64,000 nt of DNA from Malacoraja senta (lineage: Eukaryota), in NCBI GenBank assembly GCA_038087875.1, contig JAXLNO010004626.1, positions 1 to 64,000 of the forward strand, in the 5' to 3' direction. Positions 1-12,228 of this stretch are shown in pieces. Position numbers and translations under genes: made by a program. The notes beneath the pieces were generated by a model. It had not been told where the DNA came from. It did no database searches and saw only the letters and a program-made list of their open reading frames with translations. How positions within the stretch are numbered: the stretch's first letter is position 1; each line of letters opens with the position of its first letter.

Positions 1-1470
1 CCACCATTTAGATAATAGTCTGCCTTCCCGTTTTTGCCACCAAAGTGGATAACCTCACATTTATCCACATTATACTGCATCTACCAAACATTTGCCCACT
101 CACCCAGCCTATCCAAGTCACCTTGCAGTCTCCTAGCATCCTCCTCACAGCTAACACTGCTCCCCAGCTTAGTGTCATCCGCAAACCTGGAGATGTTGCT
201 TTCAATTCCCTCGTCCAGATCATTAATATAAATTGTAAATAGCTGGGGTCCCAGCACTGAGCCTTGCGGTACCCCACTAGTCACTGCCTGCCATTGTGAA
301 AAGGACCCGTTTACTCCTACTCTTTGCTTCCTGTTTGCCAGCCAGTTCTCTATCCACATCAATACTGAACCCCCAATACCGTGTGATTTAAGTTTGTATC
401 CTAATGTCTTATGTGGTACCTTGTCGAAAGCCTTCTGAAAGTCCAGATACAACACATCCACTGGTTCTCCCCTATCCACTCGAAAAATTCTATAAGATTC
501 GTCAGACACGATTTACCTTTTGTAAATCCATGCTGACTTTGTCCAATGATTTCACCACTTTCCAAATGTGCTGCTATCCCATCTTTAATAACTGATTCTA
601 GCAGTTTCCCCACTACCGATGTTAGACTAACTGGTCTGTAATTCCCCGTTTTCTCTCTCCCTCCCTTCTTAAAAAGTGGGGTTACGTTTGCTACCCTCCA
701 ATCCTCAGGAACTACTCCAGAATCTAAAGAATTTTGAAAAATTATCACTAATGCATCCACTATTTCTGGAGCTACTTCCTTAAGTACTCTGGGATGCAGC
801 CTATCTGGCCCTGGTGATTTATCGGCCTTTAATCCATTCAATTTACCCAACACCACTTCCCGACTAACCTGGATTTCACTCAGTTGCTCCATCTCCTTTG
901 ACCCGCGGCCCACTGCTATTTCCGGCAGATTATTTATGTCTTCCTTAGTGAAGACGGAACCAAAGTAGTTATTCAATTGGTCCGCCATATCCTTGTTCCC
1001 CATGATCAATTCACCTGTTTCTGACTGCAAGGGACCTACATTTGTTTTAACTAATCTCTTTCTCTTCACATATCTATAAACACCAGTTTCCTTTCATAAT
1101 CTATTTTCCCTTTTCTTATTAAGCCCTTTGTCCTCCTCTGCTGGTCTCTGAATTTCTCCCAGTCCTCTGGTATGCTGCTTTTTCTGGCTAATTTGACGGC
1201 AACATCTTTTGCTTTGATACTATCCCTGATTTCCCTTGTTATCCACGGATGCACTACCTTCCCTGATTTATTCTTTTGCCAAACTGGGATGAACATTTTT
1301 TGTAGTTCATCCATGCAGTCTTTAAATGCCTTCCATTGCATATCCACCGTCAACCCTTTTAGAACTAATTGCCAGTCAATCTTGGCCAATTCACGTCTCA
1401 TACCCTCATAGTTACCTTTCTTTAAGTTCAGAACCGTTGTTTCTGAATTAACAATGTCACTCTCCATCCT
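1..1470 (-). mobile_element. CR1 LINE fragment (ORF2 endonuclease C-terminus to RT), runs off window start
   Basis: ORFs 1066..1467, 401..1069 and 81..509 give CR1 ORF2 motifs ([43 protein letters not shown]) broken by small deletions near 480 and 1081. Confidence 0.95.
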
Positions 1471-1539
1471 AACATTTTAGGTATGTACTTTTGTAGCAAA
1501 CTTAACTACCTAGGCATTTACTTTTAATTTCTATTGCAC

Positions 1540-2472
1540 TATTGCGGATGACACAAAGCTGGGTGGCAGTGTGAACTGTGAAGAGGATGTTAGGAGGCTG
1601 CAGGGTGACCTGGACAGGTTGAGTGAGTGGGCAGATGCGTGGCAGATGCAGTATAATATAGAGAAATGTGAGGTTATCCACTTTGGCGGCAAAAACAAGG
1701 GGGCAGATTATTATCTCAATGTGGTTAGGTTAGGTAAGGGGGAGGTACAGCGAGACCTGGGTGTCCTTGTACACCGGTCACTGAAAGTTGGCGTGCAGGT
1801 ACAGCAGGCAGTGAAGAAAGCTAATGGAATGTTGGCCTTCATAACGAGAGGATTTCAGTATAGGAGTAAAGAGGTTCTTCTGCAGTTGTATAGGGCTCTG
1901 GTGAGACCACATCTGGATTTTATGTACAGTTTTGGTCTCCTAATTTGAGGAAGGACATCCTTGTGATTGAGGCAGTGCAGCGTAGGTTCACGAGATTGAT
2001 CCCTGGGATGGCGGGACTGTCATATGAGGAAAGATTGAAAAGACTAGGCTTATATTCACTGGAGTTTAGAAGGATGGGGGGGGATCTTATGGAAACATAT
2101 AAAATTATAAAAGGACTGGACAAGCTAGCTGCAGGAAAAATGTTCCCAATGTTGGGCGAGTCCAGAACCAGGGGCCACAGTCCTAGAATAAAGTGGAGGT
2201 CATTTAAGACTGAGGTGAGAAAAAACGTTTTCATCCAGTGAGTTGTGAATTTATGGAATTCCCTGCCACAGAGGGCAGTGGAGGCCAAATCACTGGATGG
2301 ATTTAAGAGAGAGTTAGATAGAGGTCTAGGAGCTAGTGGAATCAAGGGATATGGGGAGAAGGCAGGCACGGGTTATTGATAGGGGTCGATCAGCCATGAT
2401 CACAATGAATGGCGGTGCTGGCTTGAAGGGCCGAATGGCCTCCTCCTGCACCTATTTTCTATGGTTTCTATG
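1540..2472 (+). mobile_element. 5'-truncated CR1 LINE 3' end (RT C-terminus, 3'UTR, tail)
   Basis: ORFs 1571..1948 and 1945..2241 are CR1 RT C-terminal sequence; 3'UTR gaagggccgaatggcctcctcctgcacc then ttctatggtttctatg tail. Confidence 0.93.
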
Positions 2473-2839
2473 CACATGAGATTTTTTTGTCATCATTTAG
2501 CCATTTAGCTCATACCTGTGGCCTTAGTTTAATACATTTTGGAGTAATGCTTTTATAATTTTTACTTAATTCAATGGAACTTTAATTTTGTCATGGTGCT
2601 TTCTACCATTTTGTTTTCTTTTAGCATAATGAATTGTGGTTTTTATTTCAAGAATAAACATTTTTAAAAAGCCACAATAGCACAGATACAACCGTTAGAC
2701 TCAAAACTTTATGGACACGGGTTTAAAAGGCAGCCTGAGGATTCATGTGGTTCTTATGAAGTGCCAACTTGTGTAATGTCATCACAGCAGATTTAGAATT
2801 ATTTTACCGTGGGGTCGTGGTCGGATGTTTTGGGAACGA

Positions 2840-4270
2840 CTCCACAGCCCAGTTTATTCCGCTCCCCTGTGTGTTTAGAACATTATTTACCCCAGACCGG
2901 GTTTATTTTGCTCCTGTGTGTTTAGAACATTATTTACCTCAGTTTTACCCCAGACCGGGTTTATTCAAGATTCAACAGAGTTTATTGTCGTGTGTCCCAG
3001 ATAGGACAATGAAATTCTTGCTTTGCTTCAGCACAAGAGAATATAGACGGCATGAATACAGAACAGATCAGTGTGTCCATATACCATTGTATAAATATAT
3101 ACACACATGTATAAATAAAAGATAAATTGCAAATAAACTGATAATGGGCTATTAATGATCAGAGTTTTGTTTGAGTTGAGTTCAAAATCCTGATGGCTGT
3201 GAGGCTGTTTGTGTATTTTGTTCCCCTGTGTTTATAACATTATTTACCCCAGTTTTACCCCAATCCGGATTTATTCTGCTCCCCTGTGTGTTTCTAATAT
3301 TATTTACTGTATTATAACATTATTAACTGTCACTGTATAATAATAATAATATTAGATTTTATTTATATAGCGCTTTTCAGGACTCAAAGTCGCTTTACAA
3401 TTGAGAGTCAGGAATAAACAAAACAAAATAGAGCAATAAGACAGAGGGGAGGGGAACATGGGACTAAGGGTATGCAGAGGTGAAGAGATGGGTCTTGAGG
3501 CGGGACTGGAAGACCCGTATGTCATGTTGGAACAACTATATGTCCTGTTGTTACTTGTGGGCGGAGCACCAAGGCAAATTCCTTGTATGTGAGTACTTGG
3601 CCAATAAACTCCCTTACTTTACCTCAGTTTTACCCCAGACTGGGTTTATTTTGATCCCCTGTGGGTTTATAACATTATTTACCCCAGACCGGGTTTATTT
3701 TGCTCCCCTGTGTGTTTATAACATTATTTACCCCAGTTTTACCACAGACTGGATGTATTTTGTTCCCCTGTGTGGTTACAACATTATTTACCTCAGTTTT
3801 ACCCCAGACCGGGTTTATTCCGCTCCCCTGTGGGTTTATAACATTATTTACTGTATTATACTGTATTATAACATTATTTACTGTCACTGTATGTCATGTT
3901 GTTACTTGTGGGCAGAGCACCAAGGCAAATTCCTTGTATGTGAATACTTGGCCAATAAACTTATTTACTTTACCTCAGTTTTACCCCAGACAGGGTTTAC
4001 TTTGTTCCCCTGTGTGTTTATAACATTATTAACCCCAGTTTTACTGGGTTTAATTTGCTCCCCTGTGTGTTTATAACATTATTTACCCCAGATTTACCAG
4101 GTTTATTCCCCCAGACGTGCAGTTTATGTGGTGATTTATTGATTATTTACAGAGAGGGGGGGTTGGGAGCCAGAGAGAGGGAGATATTTATTTATAAGGT
4201 GTTTTATCTCAGGACGCTGCTCCAGACGGTAAGTTTATATAATTGACCCCAGTTTGACCAGTTTGATTCC
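2840..4270. repeat. ~60-bp tandem satellite (ttatttaccccagttttaccccagaccgggtttattttgctcccctgtgtgtttataaca) with shorter variants, interrupted by LINE tails
   Basis: Unit recurs many times with substitutions between 2840 and 4270. Confidence 0.9.
3338..3516 (-). mobile_element. L2 LINE 3' tail fragment inserted in the satellite
   Basis: Reverse complement matches the 3' end of the L2 at 19831-21195 (aatgtaaagcgactttga...aaaagcgct...(tat)n). Confidence 0.85.
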
Positions 4271-4485
4271 CCCAGACGCGGTTTATGTGGAGATTGCCCT
4301 CAGCTCTCTCTCTCTCTCTCTCTTTCCCCCCCACACACATGTCCACACACGTGACTGTACCGGCCTGTACTGTACTGTACTGTACTGTATGTGGTCATTG
4401 ACCTCACTCACCCACTCACTTCTCCCCCACGTGACCCGATCCCGCACAATCCGCTGCAGCCGCTGATCATCAGTTATTTATTTAC

Positions 4486-4553
4486 CTCAGGTCCGTCGGC
4501 AGCGACGTCACCAACTGAAGCTTCTCCGCCCGCCCGCGCGCCGCCATTTTCAT
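4486..4553 (-). CDS. Candidate first coding exon of an unidentified gene, MKMAARGRAEKLQLVTSLPTDL(R/S), phase 2
   Basis: ATG within AAAATGGCGGCG in the CpG island; ends at CTGAG|GTAAAT donor (GT at 4485-4484); no downstream exon recognised in the window. Confidence 0.4.
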
Positions 4554-4798
4554 GCGGTCGACGGGGAGACTCGGCCTCGGGGGGGGGGGGGCGGGACCGG
4601 CGGGCGGGCGGCCATCTTGGTGAGGGCAGGTTAGGTCGCGTGCGGGGGCGGGCTTGGGACGTGGAGCGTGAACAAGAAGAAGATGAACCGCCCTCCCCGC
4701 CCGCCCTGCGCCGTGACGTCACCGGAGATCCGAGGACGTGGCTTCAGCTGGCAGTGGCTCGATGGCGGTTTGTTTTCAAATGTGAAGGCCGACACAAA

Positions 4799-4835
4799 AT
4801 GGCGGCGAATGTGATGATGCTGCTTCACACTGAAG
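4799..4835 (+). CDS. Candidate short first exon, MAANVMMLLHTE(G), phase 1; may be non-coding
   Basis: ATG within AAAATGGCGGCG; GAAG|GTAAAA donor at 4836. Confidence 0.25.
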
Positions 4836-4984
4836 GTAAAATGTTGCAGTCACTTAGTCATAGAGTGATAGAGAACATCTTGGTGAGGTCGGCATTCGGC
4901 GGCCATCTTGGTGAGGGCAGGTGAGGTCGGCAGCCGGCGGCCATCTTGGTGAAGGCAGGTAGGTCGGCGGTTGGTGGTTGGAGC

Positions 4985-5245
4985 TTTGGGCGGGTGGGTG
5001 AGGGTGGTTTCGGGTGGGTGAGGGTGGTTTCGGGTGGGTGATGGTGGTTTCGGGTGGGTGAGGGTGGTTGAGGGTGTGTGGGTGGTTGAGGGTGGGTGAG
5101 GGTGGTTTCGGGTGTGGGTGGTTGAGGGTGGTTTCGGGTGTGTGGGTGGTTTTGGGTGGTTTCGGGTGGGTGGGTGTGGGTGGTTGAGGGTGGGTGTGGG
5201 TGCGTGAGGGTGGTTTTGTGGGTGGTTTCTGGTGAGGGCGGTTTC
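4985..5245 (+). repeat. G-rich ~20-bp tandem repeat (gggtgggtgagggtggtttc)n, left part
   Basis: Direct reading; the same array resumes at 6396-6510 after the CR1 insertion. Confidence 0.9.
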
Positions 5246-6395
5246 ATAGAAACATAGACAATTGGTGCAGGAGTAGGCCATTCGGCCCTTCGAGCCAGCA
5301 CCGTCATTCAATGTGATCATGGCTGATCATCTGTTCGATGACGTTGAGCTTGGCGGTGGTAAGGCCTTCAACATTGAGCTGCAGTAGCGCTAAACCTCGA
5401 CAGTTGGCGGCATTTAACGGTGCCGCCTGGCCTGGGGAGGCATGGCTTTTAGCGGTCTGCAGACGTGGTAAAGACATTGGTTTCGCTTTGTGGGCTTATG
5501 ATCCTGTAAGCTACTCGTAGAGGAGGCCGCGTAGAGGCTGTCTTTGACCAGATGGTCAAGACGAGATGGAGAGACCAGTTGAAGTCAGCGGAAACATCTA
5601 GGCTACACCATTATATCGATGACCCCATGGACGTCCCTGGCCAGGACCTGCCCCGAAAGCAGTGGTCAACCCTCAACCGCTTGAGGACGCTATGGAGTAG
5701 TGATGAAGAGGTGGGGGCCTCGTGGACAGCGAGTGCCTCCTGCGAGTGTGGGGACCCAACACAGACAGTGGAGCACACATCGGCCACCGAACGGTGAACG
5801 AGGTCTGATTGACCTGGACGATGATACATTGGCCTGGCTCGCCTCAACAGAGCTGCAGGTCTAAAAGACACACGACAGAAGATGGCTGATCATCCAACTC
5901 AGTATCCTGTACCTGCCTTCTCTCCATATCCCCTGATCCCTTTAGCCACAAGGGCCACATCTAACTCCCTCTTAAATATAGCCAATGAACTGGCCTCAAC
6001 TACCTTCTGTGGCAGAGAATTCCACAGATTCACCACTCTCTGTGTGAAAAAAAAATGTTTTTCTCATCTCGGTCCTAAAAGACTTCCCGCTTATCCTTAA
6101 ACTGTGACCCCTTGTTCTGGACTTCCCCAACATCGGGTTCAATCTTCCTGCATCTAGCCTGTCCAACCCCTGAAGAATTTTGTAAGTTTCCATAAGATCC
6201 CCCCCTCAATCTTCTAAATTCCAGCGAGTACAAGCCGAGTCTATCCAGTCTTTCTTCATATGAAAGTCCTGACATCCCAGGAATCAGTCTGGTGAACCTT
6301 CTCTGTACTCCCTCTATGGCAAGAATGTCTTTCCTCAGATTAGGAGACAAAAACTGTACGCAATACTCCAGGTGTGGTCTCACCAAGACCCTGTA
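5246..6395 (-). mobile_element. 5'-truncated CR1 3' end, interrupted at 5332-5881
   Basis: catagaaacatagac tail at 5246; CR1 3'UTR; RT C-terminal sequence ([21 protein letters not shown]) in 5895-6395. Confidence 0.93.
5332..5881 (+). mobile_element. Ingi/Vingi-like non-LTR element: inverted 5' end (~5332-5542) joined to forward 3' end (~5543-5881), 13-bp TSD
   Basis: Perfect TSD ATGGCTGATCATC at 5319-5331 and 5882-5894; minus-strand 5477-5332 encodes MSLPRL...LALLQLNVEGLTTAKLNVIE (APE endonuclease start); plus strand encodes PGQDLPRKQWSTLNRLRT...CECGDPTQTVEH. Clade call is from remembered motif similarity. Confidence 0.7.
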
Positions 6396-6510
6396 AGGGT
6401 GGGTGAGGGTGGTTTCGGGTGGGTGTGGGTGGTTTCCGGTGGGTGAGGGTGGGTGTGGTTGGTGAGGGTGGTTTCGAGTGGGTGAGGGTGGTTTTGGGTG
6501 GGTGTGGGTA
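6396..6510 (+). repeat. G-rich ~20-bp tandem repeat, right part
   Basis: Same unit as 4985-5245. Confidence 0.88.
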
Positions 6511-7049
6511 AAAAAAATCACAAACCATACGTAAGTAAGTAAGTACATTTTATTTATATAGCATGTTTAAATCAACTCGCGTTGAAACCAAAGTGCTTTA
6601 CATAAAAGAAATAATGACACAACACATTATAGAATTCAACATGAACTTCCCCCCACAACAGAATCAAAATGTTCCACTGTCCACGGCATCAAAAAGTTAA
6701 GTCCTCTTCCTCTGTGATCACCCAAATTACATTTTACTCAGATGCAAGCCAAGGAATGGCATAATTGTTAGCTGTTAATTGGACATAATCAACCTCAGCA
6801 AATTGACAATATCCTATTGAAGGACAGTGGGTGTTTAAGCTGTCAGGACATTTTATTATTTGCCAAAATATACATCTCAATAGCATAATGATAGAAAACT
6901 TTTCTACACATCACTCGTAAGTCTGGAGATTTCTTTAATGATAAATTTAGCTTCAGAAGCATTTCCTTTTTGCATGTACAAACCCACTTCAGAACCATGG
7001 GCGATTTTAAAATTTTACAGACAGATTTATCACTTCTGAAACTTTTTAG

Positions 7050-7910
7050 ATAGTATAGTATAGTATAGTATTTTTAATGACCACACAGCCAAGCTGGTGG
7101 AATTTTGGGTTGTCAGCAGCGATACAATAATAAGAACACACAACCACAATTTAAAAAAAAATGTAACACAAACATCCACCACAGCATTCAACACTGTGGT
7201 GGAAGGCACAAAAATTTGGCCAATCCTCCTCCATTTCCCCTCCGTGAACAGGACCAGAGTCCAGAGTCAGTCCAGGATCGGCTCTTCCTCACCGGAGACC
7301 GCGGCTTTAAGTTGTTGTAGGCCGCAGGCCGGCTGTCGAGATTTAAAGTCTCCGCCGCAGCCAGAAGCACCGTAGACTGCAGGGCCGGCGGTCGAAGCTC
7401 CCCTGCAGGGGTGTTGGTAAGTCCATGCCGGCCCCGCGGTAGAAGTTGGCCGCGGGTCGGCAGTGATGGCTTCTTCTTCCCCCACCGGGTCCCCCACGAA
7501 GGATCCCGGGCTGTAGACGCCGCACCAGCTGGAGCTCTGCAGACCGCGACTTCAGGCTGCGACTTCAGGCTGCCGGCTGCCCCGGGCCAGCGAAACGGAG
7601 CGCTCCCCTCCAGCGAGGGCTCACCCGCTCCACGCCGAGAGTCCACGCTGCGCCCGCCGCTGAAGCCCCGGGCGCGTCTCCGGGAAAGGCCGCGCCGATC
7701 CTTGATGTTAGGCCACGGGGGAGGCGACCTGGAAAAAGTCGCCTCTCCATGGAGGAGGCGACCGAAGCGGTTTCCCCCTTACCCCCCCCACACCACCCCC
7801 CACACAAGACACACAAAGAAACACACCATACATACTTTAAAACATACTAAAAAATAAGAAAAAGTTGAAAAAACTGACATGGCTGCTGCCCAGAGCAGCG
7901 CCCCCTACCC
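7050..7910 (-). mobile_element. Unclassified GC-rich interspersed repeat with LINE-like (TATAC)n tail
   Basis: (agtat)n microsatellite edge at ~7050-7075 followed by a GC-rich body with no recognisable protein domain in the ORF track. Confidence 0.35.
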
Positions 7911-9568
7911 TGACCTTGAATAATAATAAGCAGCATTCCATGCCAGTCTGTATTTTTTTTTTTTCTCTCTCAAAGAGATAATAACGAATGTGTTATGACG
8001 TAGTGGTTAAATATTATTCTTTTTATGCTGAGCGCTGTTACTGGCAGAGATGGGATCGGGGAGGGGATTAGGTAGTTTGCTAACTGTCTATTGGTCAGTT
8101 TGGGGTTCTACAGGGGTGGGAGGGGGGAGGGGGGAGGGGTCTTTTGTTCCCTATTTAGTGAACTCCATTTGTGCAAATTCTGAACTACAAAGTTGGCTGA
8201 AATGTCATCACTTCTGGCTCCGCCCTAGATTTTTCTACATCCAGTATTATGAACTTTTAGGCTTCAAGAAATTAACCCATTGCATCCCACATGATTTTTA
8301 CAAGCAATATGGATAAAGTTACTAATATCCTTTCATGGAATGTGAATGGCTTGAACCATCCCATTAAGAGGATTTTTTTTAAAAAGTTCTTCACAGACTT
8401 AATGCTCAGATTATCTTTGTTCAGCAAACTCATGTAAGGCAAGATGACAAGTCACGATTTTTCAAGTTTTGGAGAGGACAGCAGTTTCATTCAAATTTAC
8501 AGGCTAAGGTGAAAGGTAGTCTCTATTTTTATTGACTCCTCAATTCCGTTTGTTTACCATGAAACAATTTCTGATCCATATGGCAGATTCTTGGTGATTA
8601 CCGCTGTCCTTTTTAGGCAAAAAGTGGCTTTGGTGAATGTCTATGCACCAAATATTGATCACCCTGAGTTTTTTAAACAGTTAATTGCATCCTTTCCTAA
8701 TTTAAATGAACACTTTTTAATAATGGATGGAGACTTCAATTGCTGTTTGAATCCCTCGATTGATAGGTCTACATCTGATCATGTGCTTCCAAATATATCA
8801 GCTAATTTTTTTAATTCTTTTATACTTGACTCGGGAATGTTAGAAATTTGGAGATTCTTACACGCAAATGACAAAGAATTTTCATTTTTCTCTCATGTAT
8901 TTCATAGTTATTCTACGATCGACTATTTTATACTAGATTCTCGGCTAGTTCCATCGGTCATTGCATGCGAGTATGATACAATTGCTATTTCTGATCATGC
9001 ACCAGTGAAACTATTGATCAAACTACCTGATTCCAAGTTTAGTGCTAAACAATGGCGATTTAATGCTACTTTGCTTCAAGACTTAAACTTTATTAAGTTT
9101 ATGAAAGATCAGATTGCTTTTTACTTCTTGACAAACTCTTTTTTTTTTTTTATTTTTTTTTTTAATTTTTATTTATTAGAAGTACATTACATCACAGCCA
9201 CATACATTAATACTCGTCATTTATATCTTCTTACAATTAATGTACTCCCTTTATTTATTTTTTTTTACGCTAAAGAAAGAAAAGATTGAAAGAGAGAAGA
9301 AAGTGAAGGAAAAAGTGCAAGTGTAGAAAAGTGTAGAAAATGTAACAACAAAAAAAAAAAAAGGACGAGGACCCTATGAAAGCGAAATTAAAAACAAAAA
9401 AAAAAAAGAGTTAAGAAATAGGCCCTAAGAAAAGAAAAGAGAGAGAGAAAAAAAGAAAAACAAATGTTTTTTTTTTGAGCATCACGTAAATAGGACATAC
9501 CAACTCTTCAACTATCATCCCCCCTTACCCGACCTCAATTTTTTATTTTTTTAAAGTACTTTTGCACC

Positions 9569-11422
9569 CTATGTTTGTAATAATTCTATAAATGCAGACC
9601 ACGTCAGGTGGAAGTGATCTGGTTTACCTGCTAGGAGGAGTCTTATCTCTTCAAGGTGTAGTGTTTCAAACATATTTGAAATCCACATATTTATAGTTGG
9701 TATTGGAGCCTTCTTCCAAAATTTTAGAATTAGCTTTTTTCCAGTTATTAACCCATAATCCATTAATTTCTTTTGAAACACATTTAGTTCTGGATCATCT
9801 TCCGTTATTCCGAAGATAATCCATTCTGCTTTGGGTATCAGTCTTGTTTTAAATAACTTTGTAAAGATTTCAAAAATTTCATTCCAAAATTTTTGAATTT
9901 TTGTACAGAAGACAAATGAGTGCGCTATAGTTGCTTCTTGGGATTGACATTTATCACAAATAGATGATACGTTTGGGAAAATTTTATGAATTTTAGTTTT
10001 CGAATAATATAATCTATGTAAAATTTTAAATTGTATTAAAGTGTGTCTTACATTAATCGAGCATTTATGTACTTTTAATAAGTATTCATTCCAACTTTCC
10101 TTTGAAATTTTAATAGCTAACTCTTGTTCCCAGTCTCTTCTGATACCCTCCGTAGATGGTATTTGTACATTTAAGATAATATTGTACAAATATGATATTA
10201 AGTTTGCTGATTCCGCTTTTGTCTGCATTGCCTCGTCCAGTACATCTGCTGGGTTATTATGATGATCTTTTATATATTTTTTCAAATAGTCGCATATTTG
10301 AAAGTATTTAAAATATTGATTATTTCCGAGTTTATATTTTATTTGTAATTGTTGAAATGAAAGTAATTTTCCAGTTTCATACAAGTCACCAAGCGTTTTA
10401 ATTCCTAGTCTATCCCATTGTGTATAAGCTTTATCTATAATAGAAGGACTAAACGAAGGGTTATTGACTATAGGTAATAAAAGTGATAAGTTTCTTAATT
10501 TTAAATTTTGTTTTATTTGTTTCCAAATACGGATTGTACTATGAATAATTGGGTTCTTATTATAGTTTATGTTATTCAATTTCATTGGAGAGAGGAGGAT
10601 CGCTCCAATGTTTCTAGAGGAGCAATCCTCTTTCTCCATTACAATCCAGTCTACTTGCTGGGCGGAGTTATCCATCAGTTGAATCATGTTTTTAATATTT
10701 ACTGACCAATAATAATACATAAAATTGGGATATATTGCATTAGATGTTTGGGGGATTAATTTTGTATCCAGCAGAAAGTAGTCTATACGTGAGTATGTCT
10801 TATGTACCATTGAGTAAAACGAATATTCCCTGCCAGTTGGGTTCACAATTCTCCAAACATCTGCTATATTAGTGTTGTTTATGTAGGTATTGAGGAGTTC
10901 CCCAGTTTTCGATTTCATATTCCCTCTCTGTTTTTGACTTGATTTATCTAAGTACGGGTCTAAAACACAATTAAAGTCTCCGCCTATTATAACATTTTGA
11001 TAGTTTGACTCTGCAATTATATTGAAGATTTTATTGAAAAAGTGGGGGTTATCAAAGTTAGGGGCATATATATTTACCAAAGTAAGTGGAGTGTCATGGA
11101 TTTCTCCATTAACTATTAGGTATCTCCCTTCTATATCTGTTATAATATTCTTTGCTTTAAATGGTATACCTTTTCTTATGATAATTGACGTGCCTCTAGA
11201 TTTTGAAGTGAATGAAGAGTGGTATGTTTGACCTATCCATTTCGCCCTCAGCCTAACTTGGTCCTGAGGTTTTAGGTGTGTTTCTTGTAGGAAGGTAATG
11301 TCAGAATTATACATTTTTAGCTGAGCTAATATCTTACCCCTTTTGATAGGTTCATTAATGCCTCTTATATTCCAACTACAAAATGAGACTCCTCCTAGGT
11401 TCTTTTGTGTGGTGTCATGCAT
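9569..11422 (-). CDS. L1 ORF2 deletion derivative: truncated endonuclease fused in frame to the C-terminal region, no RT, 617 aa
   Basis: WNIRG, FLQETH, NIYAPN, GGDFN, YSRIDY, then directly PNFMYYYW and the C-terminal CDKC...HSFVFC; no SDH, QGCPLSP or YADD. Confidence 0.9.
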   Translation of the reverse strand: MHDTTQKNLGGVSFCSWNIRGINEPIKRGKILAQLKMYNSDITFLQETHLKPQDQVRLRAKWIGQTYHSSFTSKSRGTSIIIRKGIPFKAKNIITDIEGRYLIVNGEIHDTPLTLVNIYAPNFDNPHFFNKIFNIIAESNYQNVIIGGDFNCVLDPYLDKSSQKQRGNMKSKTGELLNTYINNTNIADVWRIVNPTGREYSFYSMVHKTYSRIDYFLLDTKLIPQTSNAIYPNFMYYYWSVNIKNMIQLMDNSAQQVDWIVMEKEDCSSRNIGAILLSPMKLNNINYNKNPIIHSTIRIWKQIKQNLKLRNLSLLLPIVNNPSFSPSIIDKAYTQWDRLGIKTLGDLYETGKLLSFQQLQIKYKLGNNQYFKYFQICDYLKKYIKDHHNNPADVLDEAMQTKAESANLISYLYNIILNVQIPSTEGIRRDWEQELAIKISKESWNEYLLKVHKCSINVRHTLIQFKILHRLYYSKTKIHKIFPNVSSICDKCQSQEATIAHSFVFCTKIQKFWNEIFEIFTKLFKTRLIPKAEWIIFGITEDDPELNVFQKKLMDYGLITGKKLILKFWKKAPIPTINMWISNMFETLHLEEIRLLLAGKPDHFHLTWSAFIELLQT

Positions 11423-12228
11423 TTTGAATAATTATAGTACCTTTGAATCTTGTGGTGCGTCCATATCCCAGGTCTTTAGGTATTGGGGGAGTTTTTGAAT
11501 TATTAACTTTTGTTGGTATGTCCATATTATTCTTATCACTAAACACAAAACACAAACAAGTGATTTTATGTAATAAAAAAAAAACTAAAAGAGTGAGGCT
11601 ACAGTGTCTATAGTCGGCACTGTAGCAAGTGACCCACCTGTAGGTGGGAAAAAACCTTATTTTGACTTCCATTGCGTTGTTGCTCAACTCGCTCCGCTCT
11701 CTTAGTTAATCATAACATATTAAAATATTAAAACGAGGCCTCACATTCATATATATAATACAATTTTACCCTGATATTTCCTTATAACATATATATATAT
11801 CAGAGTTTAATTATTAAACCAATATTTTTGATTTCAATAAGAATCAGCTGTTGGTTGAAGGGGTTAACGAGACGTGCTCCTGGACATAAGCCAGGAGCTC
11901 GTTTCTCATCCCCTCCTCCTGCTTATAGACAAGGTTACAATTTATTAAAAATTCATATTAGTATGTTAGTTCATTATTTTTTTTGTTTTTTTTGTTAGTA
12001 TTCTAATCTAACCTGCATAACTTTTAAAGTTGTTAATAGGATAAGTTCTTACAATTGGTTATAACATTTTAATCAATAAGCAATTATTTTCTAATTCATA
12101 TCCCGTTATAAAGTTGTTTACACGTTTTGAACAGAAAATGTCCTTGCTTCAACATTCCGGAGATAACAGTGTAACTATCCCCAGACAAAACATAGCTGAG
12201 AATTATTCGGATCTGCCAAAGCTCCCTT

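Larger units (their letters stand above)
4430..4975. promoter_or_regulatory. CpG island, probable bidirectional promoter with multiple YY1-type motifs
   Basis: GC/CpG-rich; AAAATGGCGGCG on minus (4539-4550) and plus (4796-4807); (G)CGGCCATCTTGG at 4608-4620, 4897-4911, 4935-4949; GACGTCA CRE-like sites near 4504 and 4715. Confidence 0.7.

Noticed and set aside
8-595. Recurring short ORFs antisense or off-frame to CR1 (MGYRKAQC..., MDNLTFIH...)
   Set aside because: They recur only because the CR1 copies are near-identical; no evidence of independent coding
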